DNA of 64,000 nt from Catajapyx aquilonaris (Eukaryota). Where the stretch lies: NCBI GenBank assembly GCA_000934665.2, contig JYFJ02000421.1, positions 1 through 64,000 of the forward strand, written 5' to 3'. The notes beneath the pieces were generated by a model that did not search any database, was not told the origin of the DNA, and worked only from the letters and a program-made list of their open reading frames with translations. Positions 1 to 11,269 of this stretch are shown here, one piece after another; the first letter of the stretch is position 1, and each line of letters begins with the position of its first letter. Made by a program: the position numbers and the translations under genes.

Positions 1-230
1 AACACCTGCGGGGTCGACTCCATGGGAGTGACGAAGAGGTCAAGGCAGCTGTGGAGGACGTCTTGGGGGGGGTGAGATTCTTCCTTCTACCAGAGCGATT
101 TGGAGAAGTTGCCACGAAGATGGACAAAGTGTATTGACCAGTGTGGGGACTATGTTGAGAAATAAAATTGTTTCTTTGTCATGTCTCGCGTATGTCTACT
201 TGAAACCACGAACTTATATAACACCCCTCG
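1..230 (+). mobile_element. 3' end of a decayed mariner (Tc1/mariner) transposon: transposase C-terminus remnant plus right TIR
   Basis: Manual translation gives HLRGRLHGSDEEVKAAVEDVL (from nt 3) and, after a frameshift near the G-run at 65-72, DSSFYQSDLEKLPRRWTKCIDQCGDYVEK* (stop 163-165). This matches the typical mariner C-terminal 'KL..RW.KC....GDY.EK' pattern. The element ends ...AACACCCCTCG followed by TA (231-232), the reverse complement of a TA|CGAGGGGTG mariner-type terminus. The 5' part lies outside the window. Confidence 0.85.
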
Positions 231-501
231 TACATCCCCCTAAGAGGCATTAAAAAGAATGGGTACCGGTACACGTAACCTAATGTTAGCACATAGTTAA
301 TATTTTTGACAACGTCAAAAACTGGTTTCAAACTGCTGATTAGAAAGAGCAAAATATCGATAACCTATCCGGACACCTCAGCTGCAACACACTTTATATA
401 ATTTAGCTTTCATATAGTCATTGCCAGCATTGTATCCGAGAGTTGTTGTTATCAAGTTCAAAGCTATTTATTTTCTCCACTTACTTATTCTTTAGGTTAG
501 A

Positions 502-810
502 GGGCGACACGGTGGCCGAGTGGTTAGCGCCGCAGCCTTCCACCTCTAAGGTCCCGAGTTCGATCCCCGGGTCGGACGGAGGATACTTATGTGGATAGAG
601 TTTCGATGGGTTCTCTCCGTGTTCGCGTGGGTTTTCTCGGGGTTCTCCCGTTTCCTCCCACTATCAAAATCCAAAAGGAAATGATTAAAGACGGTTCACG
701 AAAAGATGATCCCCTATAAGAGGCTCAAGGAGGCATATCACGGGGTATAGATTAGAGTTTTAATTCCCTTTCTGAACAATGTAAGAAACTTTCAACAATC
801 ATTATTATTA
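502..810 (+). mobile_element. tRNA-derived SINE with V-domain-like core
   Basis: Pol III A box TGGCCGAGTGG (513-523) and B box AGTTCGATCCC (557-567). Core TTCTCTCCGTGTTCGCGTGGGTTTTCTCGGGGTTCTCCCGTTTCCTCCCAC (about 611-661) resembles the V-SINE central domain from memory. Short (ATT)n tail at 801-810; the 3' boundary is approximate. Confidence 0.8.
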
Positions 811-2695
811 CTAGTAGGCTACCATTTGAACTACCTCTTTGACACTTGGAGCACTCAATTTAATCTTTATGGGTATAAGTTCATGCACAAAATTCTGAAG
901 CGGTGAAACATTTCTCCTGCTAGTAGAGCAAGGCCCAATTATGCAAAACAGTCAGTGAACACCACTAACTAAAATAATAGCATATTTCACTCTCAAATCC
1001 TGGTATGGGTTGCATTCCGTGTCAAACAGTTTCTTCGCCTTATTTGGCCGTTTTGAAAGTTGCCCAGTAGTACCCCCCTTATCCACCCTAACACTCCCAT
1101 GCACTGCTATCCTCCAGTCTCCCAATATTCTCTCCCAAAGAGCCAAGCCTGTCTTCTTCAACCATCGTATTTACATGGGAAATATGAGAGTTCGCAGCGA
1201 ACACTGTGATTACCGCCTAATAACGGGGATAGGGCTGGTCGTGATAAGTACCTGGGCACGATGATTGGTGCTGATATTTCCAACGACCCGAGAAATTTAA
1301 TTCATCATGCGTCGAGTGCAGCCACATTTCCCCATTAATTTTGCCCTCTCGGCGTTTATCCCGTGCTGTTATTTTCCTCAGGATTGGGGGCCCCGCTTTG
1401 GCGCTACGGCCACAAAATATTGTAATCGGTTGAGGTGATGGGGAGGGGGGCCCCATAGAAGGGGGATGTCTTGTCTTTGCCTTTGAGATGGATGTCCCGG
1501 GAAGAAAGGGAGGTGTAAGGATTATGTCTCAATTGACCTGACTGGGGCCCCGGATGTTGTTCCTCTGGTTCTTTCATCGGGATGTCAACGGCCTGCTTCG
1601 TGATAGCCCAACACCAGTCATTTCCCACCATCCTCCAGCATCTTTTTGGGCCCCGCCAAACGCCATGAGTTATTGGGGCTCACCTGTCATTTGCCTCAAA
1701 GCACCGCAAACGGCCAGGATCCACTTTTTCCTGCGCGGGTCTGTACATGATATTGTAATTTGACGTCAGCAGCCTGAGGGATGAACATAGGAATGTTATA
1801 TATTGCTTCAGGATGCTAATTTGGCCGGGTGATAATTTACATTCGCATTGGCTTTCAGATCGTATTGTGTATTTAAACTTTTGCAGTCATATGTCATAAA
1901 AAATAAAACAAACAAACAAACAACAATCAGCACTCTTGTGTGTATGATTTTTAAATATATATACAGGCAAGCGCTGATGGTTTATCACGAAGGATAAAAC
2001 TTTCTTTGTGGGAAATTGGATGTACGATTGGTGTACGCCTCTTATTTGGAAAATGAAATATTAATAGTTCCGTTACTATTTGGAAGTGGATCTGTATTAT
2101 TCAAACCTTACTTTATTTGGAAAGGACTTGATTTTCAGTGCAGCATGCCACATCATGTAATTCTGATGCAAGTCTGACGGTGTCCTGCGGCAACTCAAAC
2201 AACTGGAAATGCTATCAATGAATATCGTAAAACTCTTATCAACCCGGGATCGATCTCCCACCCATGGAGCCGAGACCGCCTTCTATTACCAAGCAATTCA
2301 GATTTCACCCCAATCTCTTCGACAGAAATGTGCTGTTTATGAAGGTTTAGACAGCTGCGTCGTGAAAGCAGTTGTGTCAGGAGCGACACTGTCAAGTCAT
2401 GCTTGTGACCTATGAAGGTTTAAGAAACAAAGACCAAGTCACGAGTACTTAACAATGCCCAAGTTGTTTTTACAAACCTAGTGATTGGGTCTCAACCACG
2501 ACAAACCTTGGATGTGACTGCGAAATTATTTCGGCGATGACATGATATTTTATTGCTGTATTTGCGTAACTCGGGAAATTATTATTGCACTTCGGCAAGA
2601 GGATATATTATGGTGGTTTGTAAATATCAATAATATTCGTCTAACGCACTTTACCACTTCAGGCGAAATATAACAGGAAATTAGGAATATATTCC

Positions 2696-2845
2696 CAAGG
2701 GGTTAACCACTTCGGTACTCCGATGTACACCTGCAGTGGTACTCCCAGGTACTCCTTAGGTACTTTACTCTTATAGGTACTCCTTGGTACTCCTTGAATT
2801 TTGGTACTCCAGTGTACACTTTACAGTCGAGTGGTTAACCCCTTG
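2696..2845. mobile_element. 150-bp MITE (hAT- or P-type, 8-bp TSD), copy 1
   Basis: TIRs CAAGGGGTTAACCACT / AGTGGTTAACCCCTTG. Flanks TATATTCC (2688-2695) and GATATTCC (2846-2853) match 7/8. Internal GGTACTCC repeats; a closely related copy lies at 3944-4091. Confidence 0.85.
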
Positions 2846-2916
2846 GATATTCCTTTGTTTTGACACAATGTGACGGACTGTTTTTGTATGAAAATGAGTA
2901 GGCCATTATTTGCCAA

Positions 2917-2920
<4 letters not shown>

Positions 2921-2954
<34 letters not shown>
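2921..2954. repeat. (CT)17 microsatellite
   Basis: Perfect CT dinucleotide run. Confidence 0.95.
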
Positions 2955-2955
<1 letters not shown>

Positions 2956-3943
2956 ACATTACGAAGACCAGCCATCATAGCATGATGGTGTAGTTGTTAA
3001 TTTGAAGTAAGGTACTGTCACGTGACTGAAAAACAGGAGGGGCCAAACGTCCCATTTAAGCAGAGAAACGGTATAGGGAAGTTAAGGCCCCATAAAAGAA
3101 GTATATATTGCGCAGAGTGGCATTAAAATCTGCAAAAGAAAGTATACACACTATTTACAATGATCAGAGACGAGTATGAATAATGAGTATATGCACAACG
3201 AATGAGAAGATTCAAAGTCAAAGGTAAAAATCACACTTCCATTAACAAGGAAAGGTGAAGTTGTAGGAAACCTGGATAACTTGGGTAACTGGATAACTTG
3301 TGTAATAAAGAAGTCCAATGCCGTGAGTCTCATAAGGAAGGTTGTCCCAGAACACGTTGCAGGATATTCATTAAATCTTGCACACACTCGTCAATAGTGA
3401 AGTGTATATAAAGTGAAAACAACACACAGGAATACAAGAGGTGACTTCCTATATAGGACTCAGGTTACGAGAATACTCATCCAAGAGAAAACAGTCCCCA
3501 GCAGGAGAGGTGACCAGAAAGATGGGAAGAAGCTTCCCAGCAAAATGCCAGAAAGAAGGGTTTTAAAAAACGAAATCCAAAGGGGACACGTGACAGGTTC
3601 TCTCTTGAGAAAAGTTTCGGCCAACCGATACCATGGTACTATACTGTATACAGCCATCAGAACTTCAGCAAGGTGAACGGTTTTTTGTGTCGATTTTGCC
3701 TTGCCGGAGTGCTGATTGTATACCAATAAGTCGTCAATTTTTAACACACCGTACCGTGTAGTATACCTGTCGAGAAAAGGAGATATAAAATTGACTGTAA
3801 GATTGAGCATCATTCAGGCGTATAGAATGCTATTGCAAATTTAGAATCACTGTGTAGCATGGTCAGGTCCAACATTATTGTAAAACAAAATTTTGTGCTG
3901 TGTTGAAAGTTCATGGACATGCATGAGGCAAATAAAGTTCAAG

Positions 3944-4091
3944 CAAGGGGGTAATTACTTCGGTACTCCGGTGTACACCTGCGAGTGGTACTCCCAGGTA
4001 CTCCTCAGGTACCTCACTCTTTATTACTCCTTGGTACTCCTTGAATTTGGCACTCCAGTGTACACTTTTCAGTCGAGTGATTACCCCCTTG
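3944..4091. mobile_element. 148-bp MITE (hAT- or P-type, 8-bp TSD), copy 2
   Basis: TIRs CAAGGGGGTAATTACT / AGTGATTACCCCCTTG. Perfect 8-bp TSD AGTTCAAG (3936-3943 and 4092-4099). The interior aligns with 2696-2845. Confidence 0.9.
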
Positions 4092-6784
4092 AGTTCAAGT
4101 GTGGTATATGAATGGGATCATGTCTTCCACGTGCCACTTGATTGCTTTATTATATGTAGGTGGTTCACAACTTGTACAAAAGAATCAATTATAAACACAA
4201 TTTTATGTATAAAAATATTCCTTCAGATCCTCACAATATGTCGATGTATAAGGCTAAGAAAACAATGTAAATAACACACACTCGCATAAATTTTCATTAC
4301 AAGCATCATTCTTAATGGTGACAACATTATTTTATATACGTATTAATAAGTTACAGCATAAGTCAAGAAACAGAAAATACCTGACATTGTCCGTCCTGGA
4401 ATATGTGTGGCAATCTGGCATTAGACTTACTACACCTTTAAGAAAACATGATGCCTGCAAAGGGTGGGCAGCCATTGTCGTGTTCAGGAATTTGGTCACT
4501 TCATCCGCCACACCACAAGAAAACGTTTATGATTGACATCATCAACACCATCTTAGAAGATACATGCATACCACAAAGTGTTTCAGAGTGTTCCGCTTAG
4601 CATGCCCTCTGCACACGATAGGGAGCCTGTCCCTTCCCGGACCCAGCACCATCTCACAGGTTAAGTACCGGCTCACGATCAGACCCCATGCAACGCAAGC
4701 CTTAAGAACCAAACTTCACACTGTCTTTTCAAAAACGGCGCTTGAACTCAACAAGTCCAGAGGTTATAATTACGTAGCACTCGGCTCGCTATGTGTGCTG
4801 CCTTATTAGTCCCGGAATATGGGCAGATGTGTCAAATAAGCTGCACTTTGCCTCAGCTTCAAGTGGTGATAACGAGGGGCCAAGAACGTGCAGCTTGTGT
4901 GTGTGATTACTCCGTCATTATTTATGCGGATGATCCCAACGTTTTCGCCAAGTAAGATGGATGTTCCGTACACACACACATAACATTTTGAGGACGAGCA
5001 AGTAAAAAAGTGTGCCGAGCCCTTCTTGTGAAACCCCCATGCTGTATACCATCCATCATCCTATATGCAGCTGCGGTTCACGATACAGCAGGTACCCTTA
5101 TTCTCTCCTCTTCCAAATGACTTTATTAAATCGGAATGGCTGCGATTCGTCGTGCAGATGCAGCCCTTCCGATGGCCACGAGAAATCGTGAGCCCGGAGC
5201 CTCTCCTTTAATGAAGACGTTACTGTCTCCCAAGCCCTGCATGTATATGTTCCGCTTGCTAAATTGAGGCTGTAAGGCCCACCCGGACCCGAATATTTGT
5301 TTCAAACGGCCCCTACCCTGCTATTCTGGGCTAATCACAACATCGCGCAAATCACGGCCTGGCAATAGAAACCCGGCCACTTATTTCCCGTCCCATCCTA
5401 ATGGCTTTTTTATGCGCCTTGTGGTTTTTGTGCCTTGGGTCGGCTTCCTTGCCCACATTATGTAAGGCGGCATGTTGGGCTCTTACACAGGCCAGTTTTG
5501 CTGTTTCTTGGCCATGATCGAATTCTTTGCCACCAAGGAGGATGTGGCGGAAATTGTCAGACGTTTTTTGCCACCCAACATAAGCAGCAGGCAGGTCAGA
5601 AAGTCGCCCGTAGTTAGCTGACACTTGTCGAATTTGTTTTATAAAATCACATTTTTTTTCTAAATTGAAATTAAATATGAAAAGCTCAACTAGGAAGCAA
5701 CATTCATGCTGCTGTGCACAGTCAAAATGTGCTACCGGCATATTCACAACAGGCCACATGTGATACTGAAGCAGGCTCTAGCCCTATATGCCTATATGGA
5801 CTCATATACAGCAGGGTGACACAAAAAGGCCATGAAAAATGTGACTTCCGGCATCTGCAATTAAAATTATGAAAGCAATTATTACGTTCTATAACTGAAG
5901 AGAGGTGCGCTATATCCTTGACGGCTAGAATTATTATTTGTATGTCTCAAGTACTATACTGGTATGCCAAAATAAGGAAATAGTGACCGTTTTATTAAAA
6001 TGCGAAAAACACAAGAGTCCATAAATCTAAGTAACTATTTTCATATACTGTATTATTAGTGCAATATCCGAAAATAGTAGACTGTACTGTCGGCTAAAAA
6101 TTGAGCATTCTTTGAATCACCGCAAAATTGACAACTTGCAAAAGTAATAAAACAGCATATAGACTTCCCAAGAGGACATTGAATTATACAAGTAATTCCA
6201 TTTCCTTATTGAACTTGGGAGTTCATCAGCCAATAAACGTATAATAACTGCGTCGCCACAAGCGGAATATAGATGATTTTTTTTTAAAAAAAACTGTCTG
6301 CATATGACATGATTGCCAGTTATTTAGAAGTCAGATCAAAAATGTGAGTCGTCCTTTGATCTTCCCCTCTACTCCCCCCTCTCTCCTTGCCTGTTTGCGC
6401 AAGGTCGATTAAGGCGCAGTCGCCCCATTTGATCCCCCATTCCTTCTCCCCCAGCTCTTTTAATCCATTTTTAACCAGGCGTTAGAAATCTGCACGTACA
6501 ATTTCCAGATGAACCTATATAACTTTCGATGACATGTTTATGAAAAAGTAGCCCTCGTTTCTCACAGAGGAGTATATTGACATGGGAGGAGATATAAAGT
6601 AAATATCTGATTTTGAACATCACATAAGTTGTTACGGTGACTGACACGGTTATTGGCATAATATTGCAGTCAGCCCAATTGGCGCTCTTTCACAACGTCA
6701 AGCCTTGGATCGAATTTCATGCCAATAATAATAATTAAATACAATGTGATTTTGTTGCCTGATTCATGAGAGTACTGTTTATAT

Positions 6785-6909
6785 CCTCCTGAGACCTAAT
6801 GTCCAATATATTGGACATCAGCAAAAAAAAAAAAAAATTGCGTCAATTTCAGTTGACACCTTTTTATTTTTGCTGATGTCCAATATATTGGACATCAGGT
6901 CTCAGGAGG
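6785..6909. mobile_element. Palindromic MITE with 4-bp ATAT flanks (possibly piggyBac-like)
   Basis: Arms CCTCCTGAGACCT(A/G)ATGTCCAATATATTGGACATCAGCAAAAA and their reverse complement (about 43 bp, one mismatch). Flanked by ATAT at 6781-6784 and 6910-6913. Confidence 0.8.
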
Positions 6910-9900
6910 ATATAGAATCTGCCTGAGAACAGATTAATGCTACTTGTATAACAGTGTTTCATTGAAACTTTCTTTTCTTTACCAATCTCTTGCAAACTGA
7001 TGGTGTCTATCAAGGTACAGTATACTGCAGTACCCAGTATCATGTGATGGCTGAGACTAATCCAGTTCAGTGATGCTGAACATGTTTACCTTTCATAACA
7101 AGGACACCCGTATATTTCGTTCAACAAAATATTCAAATCGCACAGAGTATAAAAACTAGGGCGTATACAATTTCGTGGAATTATCTTTACGAGCCAAGGT
7201 AAATAAGTGTCTTTCCTTATACGGTTTAATTAAAATACTGTGGTTCACTTTTTGTGATGGCTTACTAGTTTGAGAAGGAAAATTATGCAACGTTAGCACA
7301 GTTTTTTGTTAATGCATATGTAGGCGCTGCACATAAATTAGAAATTTGATGGAAGTTTATTGACCAGCAAAATGAAACTTGATGCACACCACATGAACAA
7401 TAATATTGAAGGTTTCATGCCACAATTAAGAAGTTATATACATCGTAGTAATGATTCTCCTGTGACAAGTAAAAACTCAGTAACTATATACAGTATATCG
7501 TATTGCACAAAATACAGAATCAGTAATTTAACTTATCTCCAAGCTATATACATGTATTGCTGCAAGTTATAGTATTGGATACACTCAGCACTGCAATTAC
7601 ACCTGTATGATATATCGTAACTGTAATTATAATTACCACCCACACATTAAACGTCCACAGGTCTGTCAATGTCACAAGTCACACGATCAATAAGAAATCA
7701 CCAGCAGTGAGTTCGAGTAATAATTGTAATAAAGGAAGCACATTTGAAGCCGTGAGTGACTGGAACCCAAGTAGAAGGTAATGACTACCTCTATCTTGGG
7801 GTGATGACAAAGCGCTTCGCAGAGGGATGGAATTAGGTAGTTGGGAAAACAATCTAACATGGCACTGGTAATTTACCATTGGTGTAAGGGAGCCGCACTG
7901 CTGTGCCATGTGGGAATTACTCTTTTTTTTCTGGGTCGACGAGGGGGCCTCGAACCACAGACTCATCAATAATGGCACATGAGTTTCGACAAATAATTTA
8001 GTCGCGCTGATGTCATCGACGTATTGGCCAAATCATCGAATTTGAAATGTAATATGTTCCTCAATTTTACAGGAATGCGGTAAAATTAAGAATTCCTCGA
8101 CTGTGCTGCAATCAACACCTGCCAATAAGAGCTCCACTTTAATTATCAGAAGAGAGAGGGGAAAAAAGGGACATTTACTTATATGGTCATGCAAAATGTG
8201 ACAAAGGGTTTGTACGTGTCAAGGGACAATAAAAAAGACGTGCAAGTGGCGAAATGTATAGCGGCGCCTAAAAATGGACAACGTGTTGCAGCTTATTAGC
8301 CAGGTGTCTCTTGACGGTGTGACAGAATAGCGGGTTTTCCACTCCTGTAGACCAAATAAGACCATGGGCTTTAAGGTGTTTGCGTCCAATTTTACGAATG
8401 TGGTTGACGTTGATTAAGGCATAAAATGAATTTATGAACTCATCTGGAATACATCGCAAGGGCTCTTTTAGCTATAGCCCTAATCTCTCTTTCGATCATT
8501 TCAATGCAGACCTGCACGCTTCAGGCTGTGCCTCGTTTTGAGTGAATGTACGGTAAATATAGCACACTGTATAATAAGTTTAGGGTAGTATCGTAGAGCG
8601 GGCTAATACACGGTATATTGAGTAGGGCTTGTAGTAGACTTTCGCGCATATTTTAAAAACGGAAAGGGACAAATTCAGGTGTAGATGACCTATTATGATC
8701 CTCGTTATCATATACCAATATTAAGAAAACACCTGGTAAAGTTTGCAGTATAGGCCTATTATCTGGTATACAGGAAATGTTTTCTTATAATATATTATTG
8801 GTTCAGACAATATTGTATTGTCTTTGTTCTGAGTTTGCCATATCAATCAGTCAATCAATATTTTATTAACCTTGAACTATACAATCAGGGTTTAATTGGT
8901 TCATTCTCTGTGCTGATTTTTTAAAATATACTGGTAAGAAATAATATTATAACTTATAGCCTTAATATAAGGTATACCGTATGCTATTAGTTATATCGAT
9001 TCCTGTACCGATTTTAACATAATATTATGAATTTAAGAATACCATGACTTTTCTACGCTAAAATTACAAATCGGGCAGCAGGGCCTGAGCTGTGGAGCCA
9101 CATTTTGCTATTTGTTGTTTTTATTCCTATACAATAACTGAAAAATATTACTCGAGTGACAATTTCGTTTCAAAGGAAAGATGCGGAATGGGAGTGTATA
9201 ATATATGATATATGTAATTTTCCATAGCAATAATAATATGTAAGTTTACTCGAAATATTCAGTAATCTGGCAAGGTCCTCCGGTCGTGATCGATCGATAA
9301 TAGTTTCGAATACATGCGATATACTGCCTTTGTATCCCTTGAGTAAATCAACTGTCCCAAATGTGCGATTAAAGTTCTCTGTATGTTTTTAAAAAGTGTT
9401 CCTTGTCTGACCCAGTTATATTTTAGTGTCTTCATTTTTGGGGCCAATTTCAGTAATGTTGTGTCCATAGTATATTGAGCTATCTACCGGGTGTAATTTA
9501 TTCTTCAAATATTATTAGATATAATTTTACATTTCATTGGGATTCTGACAATATGCAATATTACATAACTTATGATTTTTCCTTCATCTACAATGCCAAA
9601 AATTTATTCGATACAATTGGTCCTGGACAAAAAAAATAAAAAATCCCCCAAGAGTATAGATAGGATCTGCTATATTTATGAGTGCCAGGATTCGAAGTAC
9701 AGGGAGCTGATACTGCCATAATTACATGTAGGTATTAATATGATGTAAAGTACAAAATATTTCTGAGGCATGGACATAGTTTACATCGGCGGTTACTAAT
9801 CTGAAAGGCTTACGTTTATAAACTTTAACCTCTAACATTAATTGTACCAACGTAAACCACCCACGCCTCATGAATATGGAAACATCATTTACTCTGGTAT

Positions 9901-10199
9901 TTCCACATTCAGCAAGACCTGTCACCGCAAAATTGAGACACCCTATCCAGATCTACGTCACATACTTTCACATCTCAATTTTGAAGACAATTTCATACCC
10001 CATCAGTGTGAATAAGTGTTACTATCCATCTTTAATAGGCAGCTCCCTATCTGAATCCCACCCACTCCGGATCATTCACCGCCATAACTGAGTGCGATAT
10101 GAGGTCAGACAGACCACTCATGCATTTGACAAAAGATTTCCCCATAAACAGAACACATGGTCGTAACATTCCTGTACTCATAAGCAAGTAAAGTCTCCT

Positions 10200-10562
10200 G
10201 AGAAAGAGCAGCTGAGTGGTGATATCCTTGGCAGTGTTGGTAGCGCAACATCGCTCCCCCAAAACAAGTGGGCAGGTTGGTGGGAATGAGTCTGTGTGGC
10301 TTAGCCCCGCCCGTGGGAAGGATCGTCGGGTGTATAATTGGCAGGGGGCGTGTCTGCGGGCAAGGGAAGGGGCCGGGGGAAGGGCGTGCAGCACCGGCAG
10401 GGGGCGCCAGTGGCAGCCACGCTCTCCCATCTTCTGGCCACAGGTGGATTTGCGCTCAGCCGGCGCGCAACAACCCCAGCAACGCAACCTCCTACCCCAC
10501 CCCCGTCTGCTGCTGCTTCGGCTGCTGCCACCCGCCATCATGCCCTAACCAGCATCCCAACA
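10200..10562 (+). promoter_or_regulatory. Putative proximal promoter / 5' leader of unc-4
   Basis: GC-rich block directly upstream of the ATG. Contains E-box GCAGCTG (10208-10214), Su(H)/CSL-type GTGGGAA (10280-10286) and CGTGGGAA (10312-10319), and a weak TATA-like TATAAT (10333-10338). The transcription start cannot be determined from sequence. Confidence 0.45.
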
Positions 10563-10950
10563 ATGGTGTTGGAAACGGGCATTAACCATCTTTCCTACCG
10601 TCCCCCGGCGTTCGGCCCCGGGGCGGATTTCCTCAAAGTGCGAGCCCCTGTCCTGCCCTTACATGCCTTGGTGCAGCCCTTCCCGTCCTTCCCATTCCCG
10701 TTCCTTTCCAAGTTGAACCCAGTGACCTCGGGGCCATCGTCATCCACTGCTCCCTTTGGGTTGCCGTTTCTTCAGGCCGGGCCCAGAGGGTGTCCCTTGA
10801 GCCAGGCGGAATTGCGGCATCACCACCACCATCACCATCATCACCATCCGGGCTGGTCCACGGCGACCACGGGGTTGCAGCAGCACGTGCTCAGCAGCCC
10901 TGAGGCGGAGGAGGCTGGCAAGAGTGGGCTCAACTCGCCGGGGAAGTCAG
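10563..10950 (+). CDS. unc-4: unc-4/Uncx homeobox protein, coding exon 1 (Pro-rich N-terminus with His10 tract)
   Basis: ATG in strong context (ACAATGG), GC-rich open frame MVLETGINHLSYRPPAF...HHHHHHHHHH...SPGKS. The donor CAG|GTAATG at 10950/10951 is phase 1, exactly what exon 2 requires (G+AA = Glu). The start could lie further upstream. Confidence 0.75.
10818..10847 (+). repeat. CAC/CAT repeat encoding His10
   Basis: CATCACCACCACCATCACCATCATCACCAT, in frame with exon 1. Confidence 0.9.
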
Positions 10951-11229
10951 GTAATGTCAGGCCGGGCAGGTAAGATGTCCGGGGGTACTAAAAGTATCAC
11001 TTGTGTAAGTTGAATGAGGTATGTCGATGGCTTTACCAGATTACGGTTGTGACAAGGGCACAGATTTTTTAAATTAATGCTATAGTTCGCCTTCACTATT
11101 AAATTGGATGTGTTATCGGTTGCCATCGACTGCGTCATTTGCCTTATACTACTACAATGTGCATGTAGTTTACTTTTAAAAAACTGGTTTCATTACGGTC
11201 CGCGATTACTTGCGGCTTACGTGTTGAGT

Positions 11230-11269
11230 TATTGTAATATGGCAGTATTGTAATATGGCAGTATTGTAA
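11230..11269. repeat. 16-bp tandem duplication (TATTGTAATATGGCAG x2.5)
   Basis: Direct repeats at 11230-11245, 11246-11261 and a partial copy at 11262-11269. Confidence 0.85.

Noticed and set aside
502..575. SINE heads (502, 33744, 55597) as functional tRNA genes
   Set aside because: They have A/B boxes but no complete cloverleaf, and they continue into SINE bodies.
3460..3813. 117-aa minus-strand ORF with a hydrophobic tail
   Set aside because: No recognisable domain or splice context; consistent with chance.
2696..4091. GGTACTCC repeats as a CRISPR-like array
   Set aside because: Repeats are 8 bp with short irregular spacers, enclosed by TIRs and TSDs, and there are no cas genes. They are MITE-internal repeats.
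10047..10585. Several long overlapping ORFs on both strands around exon 1
   Set aside because: Expected from stop-codon depletion in a GC-rich leader.
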